A stretch of DNA of 56,788 bases from assembly GCA_039024555.1 (NCBI GenBank), contig JBCCQQ010000041.1:1-56788 (forward strand), given 5' to 3'. The DNA comes from Cyanobacteria bacterium P01_D01_bin.156. GTDB taxonomy: Bacteria; Cyanobacteriota; Cyanobacteriia; Phormidesmidales; Phormidesmidaceae. Within the stretch, counting starts at the first letter, position 1. Each line of letters starts with the position of its first letter. Below the pieces are notes generated by a model that worked only from the letters and a program-made list of their open reading frames with translations, had not been told where the DNA came from and searched no databases. The position numbers and the translations under genes were made by a program. Shown piece after piece: positions 1 to 10,142 of this stretch.

Positions 1-759
1 AGTTGGTTCGCGCTGAGGTAGAGCTGAGTGAGACTGGTGAGCTGTCCAATTTCAGGCGGTAGCAGCGTCAGTTGGTTCTCGCGGAGGTAGAGCTGAGTGA
101 GACTGGTGAGCTGGACAATTTCAGGCGGTAGCAGCGTCAGTTGGTTCGCGCGGAGGTAGAGCTGAGTGAGACTGGTGAGCTGTCCAATTTCGGGCGGTAG
201 CTGCGTCAGTTGGTTCGCGCTGAGGTCGAGCTGAGTGAGACTGGTGAGCTGGACAATTTCAGGCGGTAGCTGCGTCAGTTGGTTCTCGCGGAGGTAGAGC
301 TGAGTGAGACTGGTGAGCTGTCCAATTTCAGGAGGTAGCAGCGTCAGTTGGTTCTCGCTGAGGTCGAGCTGAGTGAGACTGGTGAGCTGTCCAATTTCGG
401 GCGGTAGCTGCGTCAGTTGGTTCGCGCGGAGGTCGAGCTGAGTGAGACTGGTGAGCTGTCCAATTTCGGGCGGTAGCAGCGTCAGTTGGTTCGCGCGGAG
501 GTCGAGCTGAGTGAGACTGGTGAGCTGGACAATTTCAGGAGGTAGCAGCGTCAGTTGGTTCTCGCTGAGGTAGAGCTGAGTGAGACTGGTGAGCTGGACA
601 ATTTCAGGCGGTAGCAGCGTCAGTTGGTTCGCGCTGAGGTAGAGCTGAGTGAGACTGGTGAGCTGTCCAATTTCAGGCGGTAGCAGCGTCAGTTGGTTCG
701 CGCTGAGGTCGAGCTGAGTGAGACTGGTGAGCTGTCCAATTTCAGGAGGTAGCTGGCTC
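1..759 (-). repeat. Tandem array of 11 x 69-bp coding repeats (LRR units)
   Basis: Units start with agttggttc at 1, 70, 139, 208, 277, 346, 415, 484, 553, 622 and 691; period is exactly 69. Confidence 0.97.
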
Positions 760-1064
760 AGTTGGTTACCGAGTTTCTGATTAGGAAAATACTGTCGATG
801 TTGGTATCGCCAATTTCCGAAAACTTTAAGGGTCTTTAGATTTCTCAGTAAGCTAATTTCGATTGGCAGTTGGGTGAGGTCATTGCCAAAATATTTTCCA
901 GAAATAGTCCTATCGGTTTCTTTGGCCAGTATCAAAGTCTCAAGCCGAGTCAGCTTACCAATTTCCGGCGGCAACTCCGTCAAATCCGCCCCAGCCAAAT
1001 CGAGCTCTTTCCAGCCCTCCTCCGCAGCCTGGTCAATCAGCTTTAGCAGTTCATCTTGAGTCAT
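1..1064 (-). CDS. Leucine-rich repeat protein, 5' part only (runs off the left edge); N-terminus typical of cyanobacterial LRR-Roc-COR proteins
   Basis: Manual translation from ATG at 1064: MTQDELLKLIDQAAEEGWKELDLAGADLTELPPEIGKLTRLETLIL..., then 23-aa repeats LPPEI(G/V)QLTSLTQL(D/Y)L(S/R)(A/E)NQLT(L/Q). Open to position 1. Not in the ORF track. Roc-COR domain not visible in the window. Confidence 0.92.
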   Translation of the reverse strand, partial: MTQDELLKLIDQAAEEGWKELDLAGADLTELPPEIGKLTRLETLILAKETDRTISGKYFGNDLTQLPIEISLLRNLKTLKVFGNWRYQHRQYFPNQKLGNQLSQLPPEIGQLTSLTQLDLSANQLTLLPPEIGQLTSLTQLYLSANQLTLLPPEIVQLTSLTQLYLSENQLTLLPPEIVQLTSLTQLDLRANQLTLLPPEIGQLTSLTQLDLRANQLTQLPPEIGQLTSLTQLDLSENQLTLLPPEIGQLTSLTQLYLRENQLTQLPPEIVQLTSLTQLDLSANQLTQLPPEIGQLTSLTQLYLRANQLTLLPPEIVQLTSLTQLYLRENQLTLLPPEIGQLTSLTQLYLSANQ

Positions 1065-1065
1065 A

Positions 1066-1107
1066 GGGAATGGGCAATCGGGAATGGGCAGTGGGTAGTA
1101 GGGAGTG
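1066..1107. repeat. Degenerate heptamer tandem repeat (STRR-like)
   Basis: gggaatg ggcaatc gggaatg ggcagtg ggtagta gggagtg directly upstream of the LRR start; resembles short tandem repeats of filamentous cyanobacteria. Confidence 0.55.
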
Positions 1108-1207
1108 AGGATGGATTATAGACGTTTCTATTTCAACAGTCCCGTGCTGTTGTTTAACTCAGCAGCAGTGTATTTAGCCATAAAATTCCTATAGTTTTAG
1201 CAATTTT

Positions 1208-1810
1208 CTAGACACTTGTAACACAGTGCTTCAAAACCCCCAGAATCTTACTCACATCATTCAAAAAATACTCAGTCAAATCAATCTCTACAATTGCACC
1301 TTGTAATCGTAAAAACTGCCAAATACTACCTGTTGTAATTACTCCATAAATCACCGGGATTTCATTCTCCTGCCGTGCATTAAATCGCTGCGCAGCAACC
1401 ATCTCGGCAATACACTGACCAAACCCCGATTTAATATTGTCATTCTTTGCCTCTACAACAGTCACCACCGGAGCCTGAATAAATAACTGCTCTGGCGACT
1501 GACTAATCAAAAAATCACAGTATCCCGTCAACCCACTGGCAGCATCCACATTAAACTCCCTGCCAGAAAAAAGACTGATATGCTCCTTTAGCTGTCGCTT
1601 TAGCTCAAACAAAATCGGCGCAATTATAAACTCAGATCGGGATTTTTCAGTCCCAATAGCTAGTGCCACCGGGCTATAGTCCACCAACGCCTGTTTCAAA
1701 AAATCGCTATAGCTAACGGTCGGAATATCTGCAAACAGGTTAGTCCGATCTTGAATGCTTACACCCAGAGCAGTACCAACGCTATCAATGGTGAACTGAT
1801 TGTAGGACAT
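1208..1810 (-). CDS. Conserved cyanobacterial hypothetical protein, PD-(D/E)xK restriction-endonuclease-like fold
   Basis: Motifs LTGYCDFLIS, VVEAKND, GQCIAEMVAAQRFN, YGVITTGSIWQF; ATG at 1810 preferred over the upstream TTG. Confidence 0.75.
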   Translation of the reverse strand: MSYNQFTIDSVGTALGVSIQDRTNLFADIPTVSYSDFLKQALVDYSPVALAIGTEKSRSEFIIAPILFELKRQLKEHISLFSGREFNVDAASGLTGYCDFLISQSPEQLFIQAPVVTVVEAKNDNIKSGFGQCIAEMVAAQRFNARQENEIPVIYGVITTGSIWQFLRLQGAIVEIDLTEYFLNDVSKILGVLKHCVTSV

Positions 1811-1931
1811 GACTAAATACTGATTTTGACTGTGCCTAATGAACAAAGAATAGACCGCCTACCGTTAGTTTAAGCACGAAAAAAAATCATGGCGTACAGT
1901 GAACCTGCATGCTCCGCCTCCTGACCGTCCC

Positions 1932-3194
1932 ATGAACCCTACCCTCATCCTCCGCAACGGCACCCTAAACCACGTCCGTCTCGACATCGCCATCGAAGGC
2001 GATACCATCTCCGCCATTGAACCCCGCCTAGACCTAACCGCCCCCACCGAAATCGACATCACCGATAAGCTCGTCAGCCCCCCCTTTGTCGAATCCCACA
2101 TTCATCTAGACTCCGCCCTCACCGCCGGACAACCCCGCCACAACCAAAGCGGCACCCTATTCGAAGGCATCGAAATCTGGCGAGAACGCAAGCAATTCCT
2201 GACAAAAGACGATATTAAACAGCGTGCCATCCAAGCCCTCAAACTCATGGCTAGCCACGGCACCCTATTTGTCCGTAGCCATGCCGATGTTAGCGAACCC
2301 AGCTTGACTACCCTCGAAGGACTGCTCGCCGTACGCGAAGCCGTCAAAGACTGGATTACACTGCAGATTGTCGCCTTTCCCCAGGACGGCATCTACGGCA
2401 TGGCCCCGGAAAATAGCCCCAAAAATAATGAACTGATCGAAGAAGCCATTATCCTAGGGGCCGATGCCGTTGGTGGCATTCCCCATTACGAGCTCACCCG
2501 CGAAGACGGTATTCAATCTATCCATCGCATCTTTGAACTCGCCCAAAAATATAATCGCCTGATCGATATCCACTGCGACGAAATTGATGACGATCAGTCT
2601 CGCTTTCTGGAAGTTGTTTCGGCCCACGCCCTACGCACCGGACTTAAAGAGAAAGTCACCGCCAGCCATACAACAGCTTTTGGCTCCTACAATAATGCCT
2701 ATGCTCTCAAGCTTCTGAGCTTTCTAAAACAATCTGAAATCAACTTTATTGCCAATCCACTGATTAACATTACCCTCCAGGGACGTACCGATACCTATCC
2801 CAAACGTCGCGGTCTAACCCGCGTTAAAGAGCTCTGGCAGTCTGGGCTCAACGTTAGCCTGGGCAATGACTGCATCCAAGACCCCTGGTATGGCCTCGGC
2901 ACTGGCAACATGCTCGATGCCGCATCCATGGCGGCCCACGTATGCCAAATGACCGGATTAGATGAACTAGATGCTTGCTACGACATGGCCACTAGTCACG
3001 GAGCCCGCACCCTCAACCTGCAGGATTCCTACGGTATTGAAGTGGGAAAACCCGCTAATCTAATCGTGCTGGACTGCCCCAGCAAGTACGATGCCATTCG
3101 CCTGCGCCCTACGGTGAGTCACGTCATCTCACGCGGCAAGATTTTAGTGGAGACCACCGCCCCACAAGTGAAGTGGCAACAAAACGTGGGCTAG
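1932..3194 (+). CDS. codA: Cytosine deaminase (amidohydrolase)
   Basis: HIHLDS metal motif, DIHCDEIDD, ASHTTA, DCIQDPWY; ATG at 1932. Confidence 0.9.
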   Translation: MNPTLILRNGTLNHVRLDIAIEGDTISAIEPRLDLTAPTEIDITDKLVSPPFVESHIHLDSALTAGQPRHNQSGTLFEGIEIWRERKQFLTKDDIKQRAIQALKLMASHGTLFVRSHADVSEPSLTTLEGLLAVREAVKDWITLQIVAFPQDGIYGMAPENSPKNNELIEEAIILGADAVGGIPHYELTREDGIQSIHRIFELAQKYNRLIDIHCDEIDDDQSRFLEVVSAHALRTGLKEKVTASHTTAFGSYNNAYALKLLSFLKQSEINFIANPLINITLQGRTDTYPKRRGLTRVKELWQSGLNVSLGNDCIQDPWYGLGTGNMLDAASMAAHVCQMTGLDELDACYDMATSHGARTLNLQDSYGIEVGKPANLIVLDCPSKYDAIRLRPTVSHVISRGKILVETTAPQVKWQQNVG

Positions 3195-3297
3195 CGCCTT
3201 ACTCCCAGATTTCCATCAAGCAAACGTGGAATTGGCATCTTGGACACCACAGGGTTAAGCTCTATGACTTAACATAAAGAAATGTTCTACTCATGCT

Positions 3298-3311
3298 AGT
3301 ACTGATTTACC
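3298..3311 (+). promoter_or_regulatory. Possible cyanobacterial LexA box upstream of uvrA
   Basis: AGTACTGATTTACC has one mismatch to RGTACNNNDGTWCB; a second half-site (aatgttct) lies near 3281. Confidence 0.35.
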
Positions 3312-3357
3312 AGTCTAGCTATGATCGACTTGCCTGCGCTGTCACCCTACTTGCCCC

Positions 3358-6300
3358 ATGCCCCAGTCCAAGACCCCTAAAACGGCTAATCGCAAATCCA
3401 GCAGCAATGGCAAAACCGCCAATGGCAAAGCCAACGGCAAGGCAAAACTAACCAACCTTTCAGATGATTTAATCCGCATTCGCGGTGCCAGGCAGCACAA
3501 CCTTAAGAATATTGATCTGGACCTGCCCCGCAATAAGATGGTCGTGTTTACTGGGGTGTCTGGTTCTGGTAAATCATCCCTGGCGTTCGATACGATCTTT
3601 GCAGAGGGTCAGCGCCGCTATGTGGAATCCCTCAGTGCCTACGCTCGACAGTTTTTGGGCCAGGTGGATAAACCAGATGTGGATTCCATCGAGGGGCTAA
3701 GTCCGGCTATTTCCATTGACCAGAAGTCCACTTCCCATAACCCACGCTCTACGGTGGGTACGGTAACGGAAATCTATGACTATCTGCGTCTGCTGTACGG
3801 TCGTGCGGGACAGCCCCACTGCCCCCATTGTGGGCGTTCCATTGCTCCCCAGGCCATCGACCAAATGTTGGATCAGGTGATGGCCTTACCTGACCGTACC
3901 CGGTTTCAGATTTTGGCTCCGGTGGTGCGGGGGAAAAAAGGCACCCATACCAAACTGTTGTCTGGGCTAGCGGCAGAAGGCTTTGTACGGGTGCGGGTAG
4001 ATGGTGAAATCCGCGAACTTAGCGACAATATAGAACTTACTAAAAATAAAAAGCACGACATTGAGGTGGTGGTGGACCGCCTGGTTAAAAAAGACGACAT
4101 CCAAGAACGTCTGGCGGATTCATTAGCCACATGTCTAAAGCGAGCTGAAGGCATTGCCATCATCGATATCCTGGGGGACCGCAGTAACAACGTGGTGCCG
4201 CTAAAAGCGAAGGGCAAGGATAGCGCCGATGCGCCCATGGCGGCTGAGGCTAACGGTAGCTACGGTACAGAACTACCGTCTGAGCTAGTCTTTTCGGAGA
4301 ATTTTGCCTGTCCCGAACATGGGGCGGTGATGGATGAGCTTTCCCCCCGGATGTTTTCGTTTAATTCTCCCTACGGTGCCTGTCCAGATTGTCATGGTTT
4401 AGGGAGCCATCGTCGGTTTTCGGCAGAGCTAGTGGTGCCGGACCCTAGTTTGCCAGTTTACGCTGCGATCGCACCCTGGTCTGATAAAGACAACACCTAT
4501 TATTTCTCTCTTCTCTACAGTGTGGGTCAAGCCTATGGGTTTGAAATTCAAACCCCCTGGTCAAACCTGACGGCAGAACAACAGGACATTGTCCTCCACG
4601 GCTCTCCTGACAAAATCTATATTGAAACAGACTCTCGCTACCGAGATAAGAAGGGCTATCATCGCAAGTACGATGGTGTGCTGCCCATCCTAGAGCGCCA
4701 GTACCGTGAAAGTACTTCTGATCTATACAAACAAAAATTAGACAAATACCTAGTTGACCAAGTATGTGAAACCTGCAACGGTGCCAGACTACGCCCCGAA
4801 TCTCTAGCGGTTAAAATGGGGCCTTACAGTATTTTGGACTTCACTAGCGTTTCCATTCGCGACTGTCTATACAACATTGAAGATCTGATGGGAGAGAATG
4901 GTGGCATTCCCCTGCTTAGCAAAAAACAGCTGGCCATTGGTGACTTAGTCCTCAAAGAGATTAAGGCTCGGCTGACATTTTTGTTAGATGTAGGTCTGGA
5001 CTATCTCACCCTAGACCGTACTGCCATGACCCTTTCCGGTGGTGAGGCCCAGCGGATTCGTCTGGCTACCCAAATTGGTGCCGGGTTAACGGGGGTGCTC
5101 TATGTCTTAGATGAGCCCAGCATTGGCCTGCACCAGCGAGATAATGCGCGTCTGCTAAAAACCCTGGACCGGCTGCGTAACTTAGGCAATACCCTAATTG
5201 TGGTAGAGCACGATGAAGATACCATCCGCGCCGCTGACCACATTGTGGATATTGGTCCTAGAGCCGGTGTTCACGGTGGGGATATTGTTGTTAACGGTGA
5301 CCTCAAGGCTCTTCTCAAAAATAAAAATTCTCTCACTGGTGCTTATCTTTCGGGGCGTGAGAGTATTGACACTCCGGCTGAACGGCGATCGGGCAACAAT
5401 CGTAAATTACAAATCCGCAATGCCCATCGCAACAATCTACAGAATATTGATGTTGATATTCCCCTAGGCAAATTTGTTTGCATTACAGGGGTGTCTGGGT
5501 CAGGAAAATCCACTCTAATTAATGAGTTACTGTATCCTGCCCTACAGCACCATTTTGGCAGCAAAGTCCCTGAACCCAATGAGATGAAACCCATTAAGGG
5601 ATTGAAAGCACTGGACAAAGCAATTGTGATCGATCAGTCTCCCATTGGGCGTACCCCCCGCTCGAATCCAGCCACCTACACCGGGGTATTTGATATCATT
5701 CGCGATCTGTTTGCTGAAACCATTGAAGCCAAAGCACGGGGCTATAAGCGGGGACAGTTCTCCTTTAACGTCAAGGGCGGACGCTGCGAGGCTTGCGGTG
5801 GCCAGGGTGTCAACGTAATTGCCATGAATTTTCTACCGGATGTATACGTGCAGTGTGAAGTGTGCAAAGGCGCACGCTACAATCGCGAAACTCTGCAGGT
5901 TAAGTACAAGGGCAAAACGATTTCTGATGTTTTGAATATGACTGCAGAGGAGGCCCTGGGATTTTTCGAGAATATTCATAAGGCAGCCACACGGTTACAA
6001 ACCATGGTGGATGTAGGTCTGGGATACATTCGTTTAGGGCAAACGGCTCCCACCCTATCAGGAGGGGAAGCTCAGCGGATGAAACTGGCATCGGAGCTGG
6101 CACGCCGCTCTACGGGTAAAACCATGTATCTGATCGACGAACCCACCACGGGCCTATCGTTTTACGACGTGCACAAACTTTTGGATGTGGTCCAGCGTTT
6201 GGTAGATAAAGGAAATTCTGTAGTCATGATTGAACACAACCTAGATGTCATCCGCTGTTGCGATTGGATTATTGATCTAGGTCCCGAAGGGGGTGATCGA

Positions 6301-6411
6301 GGGGGTGAGATTATTGCCCAGGGTACACCTGAAGAGGTGGCCCAGCTGGAGAATTCCCATACGGGGCACTACTTAAAGCAGGTTTTAGAACAACATCCTT
6401 CAAAAGGGTAA
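3358..6411 (+). CDS. uvrA: Excinuclease ABC subunit A
   Basis: Two Walker A motifs GVSGSGKS, two LSGGEAQR signatures, CxxC zinc fingers. Confidence 0.99.
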   Translation: MPQSKTPKTANRKSSSNGKTANGKANGKAKLTNLSDDLIRIRGARQHNLKNIDLDLPRNKMVVFTGVSGSGKSSLAFDTIFAEGQRRYVESLSAYARQFLGQVDKPDVDSIEGLSPAISIDQKSTSHNPRSTVGTVTEIYDYLRLLYGRAGQPHCPHCGRSIAPQAIDQMLDQVMALPDRTRFQILAPVVRGKKGTHTKLLSGLAAEGFVRVRVDGEIRELSDNIELTKNKKHDIEVVVDRLVKKDDIQERLADSLATCLKRAEGIAIIDILGDRSNNVVPLKAKGKDSADAPMAAEANGSYGTELPSELVFSENFACPEHGAVMDELSPRMFSFNSPYGACPDCHGLGSHRRFSAELVVPDPSLPVYAAIAPWSDKDNTYYFSLLYSVGQAYGFEIQTPWSNLTAEQQDIVLHGSPDKIYIETDSRYRDKKGYHRKYDGVLPILERQYRESTSDLYKQKLDKYLVDQVCETCNGARLRPESLAVKMGPYSILDFTSVSIRDCLYNIEDLMGENGGIPLLSKKQLAIGDLVLKEIKARLTFLLDVGLDYLTLDRTAMTLSGGEAQRIRLATQIGAGLTGVLYVLDEPSIGLHQRDNARLLKTLDRLRNLGNTLIVVEHDEDTIRAADHIVDIGPRAGVHGGDIVVNGDLKALLKNKNSLTGAYLSGRESIDTPAERRSGNNRKLQIRNAHRNNLQNIDVDIPLGKFVCITGVSGSGKSTLINELLYPALQHHFGSKVPEPNEMKPIKGLKALDKAIVIDQSPIGRTPRSNPATYTGVFDIIRDLFAETIEAKARGYKRGQFSFNVKGGRCEACGGQGVNVIAMNFLPDVYVQCEVCKGARYNRETLQVKYKGKTISDVLNMTAEEALGFFENIHKAATRLQTMVDVGLGYIRLGQTAPTLSGGEAQRMKLASELARRSTGKTMYLIDEPTTGLSFYDVHKLLDVVQRLVDKGNSVVMIEHNLDVIRCCDWIIDLGPEGGDRGGEIIAQGTPEEVAQLENSHTGHYLKQVLEQHPSKG

Positions 6412-6447
6412 TACACTCATAGACAGGCTACTGGATGGTTGAAGCGT

Positions 6448-7017
6448 CTAGAACCGATTTATCGTTGTTTGGAAACCAGGCAAGACATCCTCTCCACTCA
6501 GGGTTTGAGGCAGCGATAGAGTCATCTTCTCTCGATTAGGGCGATAGATTTCTACCTGTTGTCCTTGAGGGTTAAATAGCCAGCCGAGACGCACACCACT
6601 CTTTAAGTATTCTTGCATCTTATTTTGTAGTGTTTTCAGGTTGTCAGTTCGGGACCGCAGTTCCATCACAAAATCAGGCGCAATGGGAGGAAACTTTGCC
6701 TGTTCTTCAGGCGTTAATATTTCCCAACGGGACAACTCTATCCAGGCTACATCGGGTGAGCGATCGCCACCGCCCGGTAGCTGAAAAATTGTAGATGAGC
6801 TGAATACCTTCCCTAACCTGGTCTGACGATTCCAAATTCCTAAGTCTAGACCTAGTTCAAATTCCCGATTGCCGCTCTCTCCGCCAACTGGGGGCATGAG
6901 TATCAAAACTCCTCTAGCAGTACGCTCCAATCGCATCTCTGGATTATGGATACATAATTGATAGAACTGCTCATCAGTTAAGTGAACCTGACTAATATCC
7001 AGAGTTAAAGGCAGCAT
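6448..7017 (-). CDS. Uma2 family endonuclease
   Basis: FSSSTIFQLPGGGDRSPDVAW, PDFVMELRS, KMQEYLKSGVRLGWL, LSGEDVLPGF. Confidence 0.93.
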   Translation of the reverse strand: MLPLTLDISQVHLTDEQFYQLCIHNPEMRLERTARGVLILMPPVGGESGNREFELGLDLGIWNRQTRLGKVFSSSTIFQLPGGGDRSPDVAWIELSRWEILTPEEQAKFPPIAPDFVMELRSRTDNLKTLQNKMQEYLKSGVRLGWLFNPQGQQVEIYRPNREKMTLSLPQTLSGEDVLPGFQTTINRF

Positions 7018-7171
7018 TGGATAACGCCTCAATGTATCAGCACTGTGGCTATCATCATAGCTTGTGTTTTCTGCCGTTGCTGATCTAGATATGAACCGAT
7101 TTATGGACGATATGACGGGTCAGAGTTTGTTAAAAAATCATCTGAAGGATCAGCAACAGCCCAATTACCTT

Positions 7172-7387
7172 TTATACAGCTGATTCAGTAGAGGTCTCGG
7201 TCTCGGCAGGAATTTGACCTTCTAATTCAGTAATGGCAGCATTCATCGCCGCTAGATGAACTTGCATGCGATCGCGACTTGCCTTGAGCCACTGGAGTCT
7301 CATTTTCTGGCAATTGGCATAGAAGCTGGCATAGTCATCACTAGTACATTTACCAGAGGTAGAGGGGGAACAAAATGGGAAGAACAT
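7172..7387 (-). CDS. Small hypothetical coiled-coil protein
   Basis: ATG at 7387; amphipathic helix LQWLKASRDRMQVHLAAMNAAITELEGQI fills an otherwise empty gap. Confidence 0.6.
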   Translation of the reverse strand: MFFPFCSPSTSGKCTSDDYASFYANCQKMRLQWLKASRDRMQVHLAAMNAAITELEGQIPAETETSTESAV

Positions 7388-7542
7388 AATGATGGCAGGT
7401 ATATAGGAAGTACCCCTATAAGCTAACAACTTTTGTTTCTCTTTTCACCCAATCATTGCTAGCACCCCAGCCAAATAGCCTGCTCTATTTCGGTGGACGT
7501 TCTCTAAAATATAACGGCGATGTTTTGCAACCGTAAAATACT

Positions 7543-7902
7543 ATGAACCAGCATGAAAAGATAAACTATGTAGAATGGCCCGCTAGGGATTTGGCAGCAA
7601 CCAAAGCATTCTTTTCCCAGGTCTTTGGTTGGGTGTTCACAGATTTTGGTGCAGACTACACGGCATTTTCCAATCAAGGGCTAGATGGAGGCTTCTTCAA
7701 GGCTGATCTGGTCTCAGCATCATCCACGGGTGGCGCCCTAATTGTTTTTTATAGCCAGAACTTAGAAGCCACACAAACTAAAATTGAACAGGCTGGGGGA
7801 ACCATTGTTCAGCCCACATTTATATTTCCTGGCGGACGACGCTTTCACTTTACGGAACCAAGTGGTAATGAGTTTGCTGTATGGTCTGATGTGGAGTCCT
7901 AA
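7543..7902 (+). CDS. VOC/glyoxalase family protein
   Basis: INYVEWPARDL...FPGGRRFHFTEPSGNEFAVWS. Confidence 0.92.
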   Translation: MNQHEKINYVEWPARDLAATKAFFSQVFGWVFTDFGADYTAFSNQGLDGGFFKADLVSASSTGGALIVFYSQNLEATQTKIEQAGGTIVQPTFIFPGGRRFHFTEPSGNEFAVWSDVES

Positions 7903-7920
7903 AAACATCAGCACACAACC

Positions 7921-8406
7921 ATGGCTGTAGTAAGACCTCATCTATTAATTGTTTTCATATTTTCCATATTTTTTTTAGTGGGTTGTGGAGCCTCAAATCT
8001 AGAGACTGTGGCTACTACTCATGTATCAAATGAGACTGTTCCACCTCTGGTGAATGCAACATTAATGGGTGATCTGGAAACGGTTGAGAGACTGCTGCAA
8101 AACGGGACTGATCCAAACTTGGTGTACAACACAAATACAGCCCTAACCTATGCAGCTCGGGATGGCTTTACAGAGATTGCCTATCTACTCATTGAATATG
8201 ATGCCGATGTGAACTGGATAGATGGAGAAGGTGTGACACCATTGATTTTGGCATCGTTCAAAGATCACATTGATATTGTTCGGCTGTTGCTAGCCCATGG
8301 AGCAGATACCACCATTAGAGATCAGTGGAATCGCATGGCCCTAGACTATGCTCTACGTAGAGGGCAATCCGATCCTATTGCTCAGCTATTACAGGCGCAG
8401 TCCTAG
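7921..8406 (+). CDS. Ankyrin-repeat lipoprotein
   Basis: Lipobox FLVGC; ankyrin motifs TALTYAARDG, GVTPLILAS, ALDYA. Confidence 0.88.
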   Translation: MAVVRPHLLIVFIFSIFFLVGCGASNLETVATTHVSNETVPPLVNATLMGDLETVERLLQNGTDPNLVYNTNTALTYAARDGFTEIAYLLIEYDADVNWIDGEGVTPLILASFKDHIDIVRLLLAHGADTTIRDQWNRMALDYALRRGQSDPIAQLLQAQS

Positions 8407-8926
8407 GGATAAACCCTGGTGGGCTCAGCTGTCAGAGTACACTATTAGGATTTCCCTAGGATATTCAGGGAAATCTTTCATCACATAAGCCCTGCTGAGG
8501 GCTGGTTAACAATTAGAATTATGCCCTTGTGCATTGAAATCATCGATTAACAAGCTTTTCAGGCTTAAATCGTGAAGCTGTTTCTGAATAGCTCTTTAGA
8601 AAAGTTGATTTCAAGGAACAGGAAATCCAAAATTTTCAAATCATTTTGGGAACGTTCCAAATTCTACTGCGTCACACGGTTTAAGACATCGGGTAATGAC
8701 TGGGGGCAAATTAGAAAGCCCCACGTAAAATGCTTGTCATTACTAACTTTTAGACACTACCTATTATTTGAACTGGGTGTATGTGACACATTACACTTAC
8801 GTTTCATTTGTAAACCATAGTCATACTTAAGATTCTCCGTAGCTAAGAGAATCTCTTAAGTTCTATTTTTTACACTCTCTGTGCAAGAGGGGACTTTGTA
8901 CTATTTCCTGTTGACGAATTCTACAC

Positions 8927-10066
8927 ATGAAATTTTATATAACACTGCTTGTGACAACATTACTGATGTTGTCTAGAGCAACTGTGGCAGCAGCCGTTTC
9001 TATTCCTGAAATTGAATCAGAACCACGGGTTCTAGGGCAACGTACGCTAATATGGCCGCGTGAGGGTGGCACCGATCTGATTCCACACCGTCCCTTTGAC
9101 TATCCCGATCTCACAGGACAGGGAAATGTTCTAGACGATTGGCATATGCAGACTAGTCGAGATGATTGGGATCTGTTGGTATCCACAGCTGGAAATTTTC
9201 ATCGTTTTTTAAATGGATTTTTCCGGCAACGGTATTTGCCAGCTAATCCAAGGGTTGATAATGGGCAGTGGGGATACTCCACATCTCCACCGATTTCTAT
9301 CGAACAACTCGAAAATGGTGGTCGTTTGGGCTTTGGTAACATGGAAATCCGGGGGAATCCCATGGTAGTCATGGGTCCTAACGGCATCATGAAAAAAGTT
9401 GTTGCAGGTGGCTACGCCCATGGAGAGAAAGGAGCCGTACTGAGTAATTATGGCAACGTGTTACTTGTGCGGGCTGGTAATCCTAGAAATATTCAAAGCA
9501 TTTGGGATTTAGGCCGACCAGAGGTACGCCTAGTCACCTCTAACCCTGAGACAGAGCCTGGCAGTTTCAACAACTACCGCACCAGTATTTTCCACATGGC
9601 GTTTCATGACGCACGAGAGAGAACTGGTAATATTCAAGATGCCGAAGACCAAGCAACCACACTTTTTAACCAGATTTTTAATAATCAGTCTATTAGCCGG
9701 AAGTGGGTGGTTGGCGATCGCATTCATCACCGCGATGTCCCCCAGGCTTTAGCCGATGGCGAAGCTGATGCAGGTATTTTCTTCTATCACCTAGCTCGGA
9801 CAGCGATGGAAGCTCATCCTGGAAAATTTGAGATTGTTCCCCTAGGGGGCACAGCCGAAAATCCAGACCCTATGCTGGGCAACCGTGTAGCGACCATGTT
9901 TGCTATCCGTATTGAAGATGATTTGACTGTTAAGCAAGAGCTAAACCGGGATAACTTCTTCCTAAGTATCACTAACCCCCGACAAAATGCACGTCTGCTA
10001 GAAAGGTATTGGGTACGACAACCCGTTACTACTGGCAATAACCAGCCCCCATTACCCGAGAGTTAA
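8927..10066 (+). CDS. Secreted substrate-binding protein (ModA/PBP2-like)
   Basis: Signal peptide; LLVRAGNPRNIQSIWDLGRPEVRL and IHHRDVPQALADGEADAG resemble molybdate-binding-like PBP domains. Confidence 0.7.
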   Translation: MKFYITLLVTTLLMLSRATVAAAVSIPEIESEPRVLGQRTLIWPREGGTDLIPHRPFDYPDLTGQGNVLDDWHMQTSRDDWDLLVSTAGNFHRFLNGFFRQRYLPANPRVDNGQWGYSTSPPISIEQLENGGRLGFGNMEIRGNPMVVMGPNGIMKKVVAGGYAHGEKGAVLSNYGNVLLVRAGNPRNIQSIWDLGRPEVRLVTSNPETEPGSFNNYRTSIFHMAFHDARERTGNIQDAEDQATTLFNQIFNNQSISRKWVVGDRIHHRDVPQALADGEADAGIFFYHLARTAMEAHPGKFEIVPLGGTAENPDPMLGNRVATMFAIRIEDDLTVKQELNRDNFFLSITNPRQNARLLERYWVRQPVTTGNNQPPLPES

Positions 10067-10093
10067 ACCGTTTATCGTGTAGAGCTCTCAGCC

Positions 10094-10135
10094 CAGCGCC
10101 CTGTTCTGTTGTGTATGCAATAGCACAGGGTGCTG
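10094..10135 (+). terminator. Long hairpin between convergent genes
   Basis: cagcgccctgt-t-ctgttgt gtat gcaatag-c-acagggtgctg; G-U pairs favour the + strand. Confidence 0.6.
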
Positions 10136-10142
10136 TAATGCA

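Noticed and set aside
1..759. 69-bp periodic array as a CRISPR array
   Set aside because: No unique spacers; the period is a multiple of 3 and translates as LRRs; no cas genes in the window.
1..759. LRR variation as a diversity-generating retroelement target
   Set aside because: Changes are two-state and not adenine-specific (G/T, T/C, GA/TC); no reverse transcriptase or template repeat in the window.
874..1059. 61-aa + strand ORF
   Set aside because: Antisense shadow of the LRR gene.
8572..8820. 82-aa ORF upstream of the binding-protein gene
   Set aside because: GTG start, no RBS, no recognisable motif; more likely AT-rich regulatory DNA.
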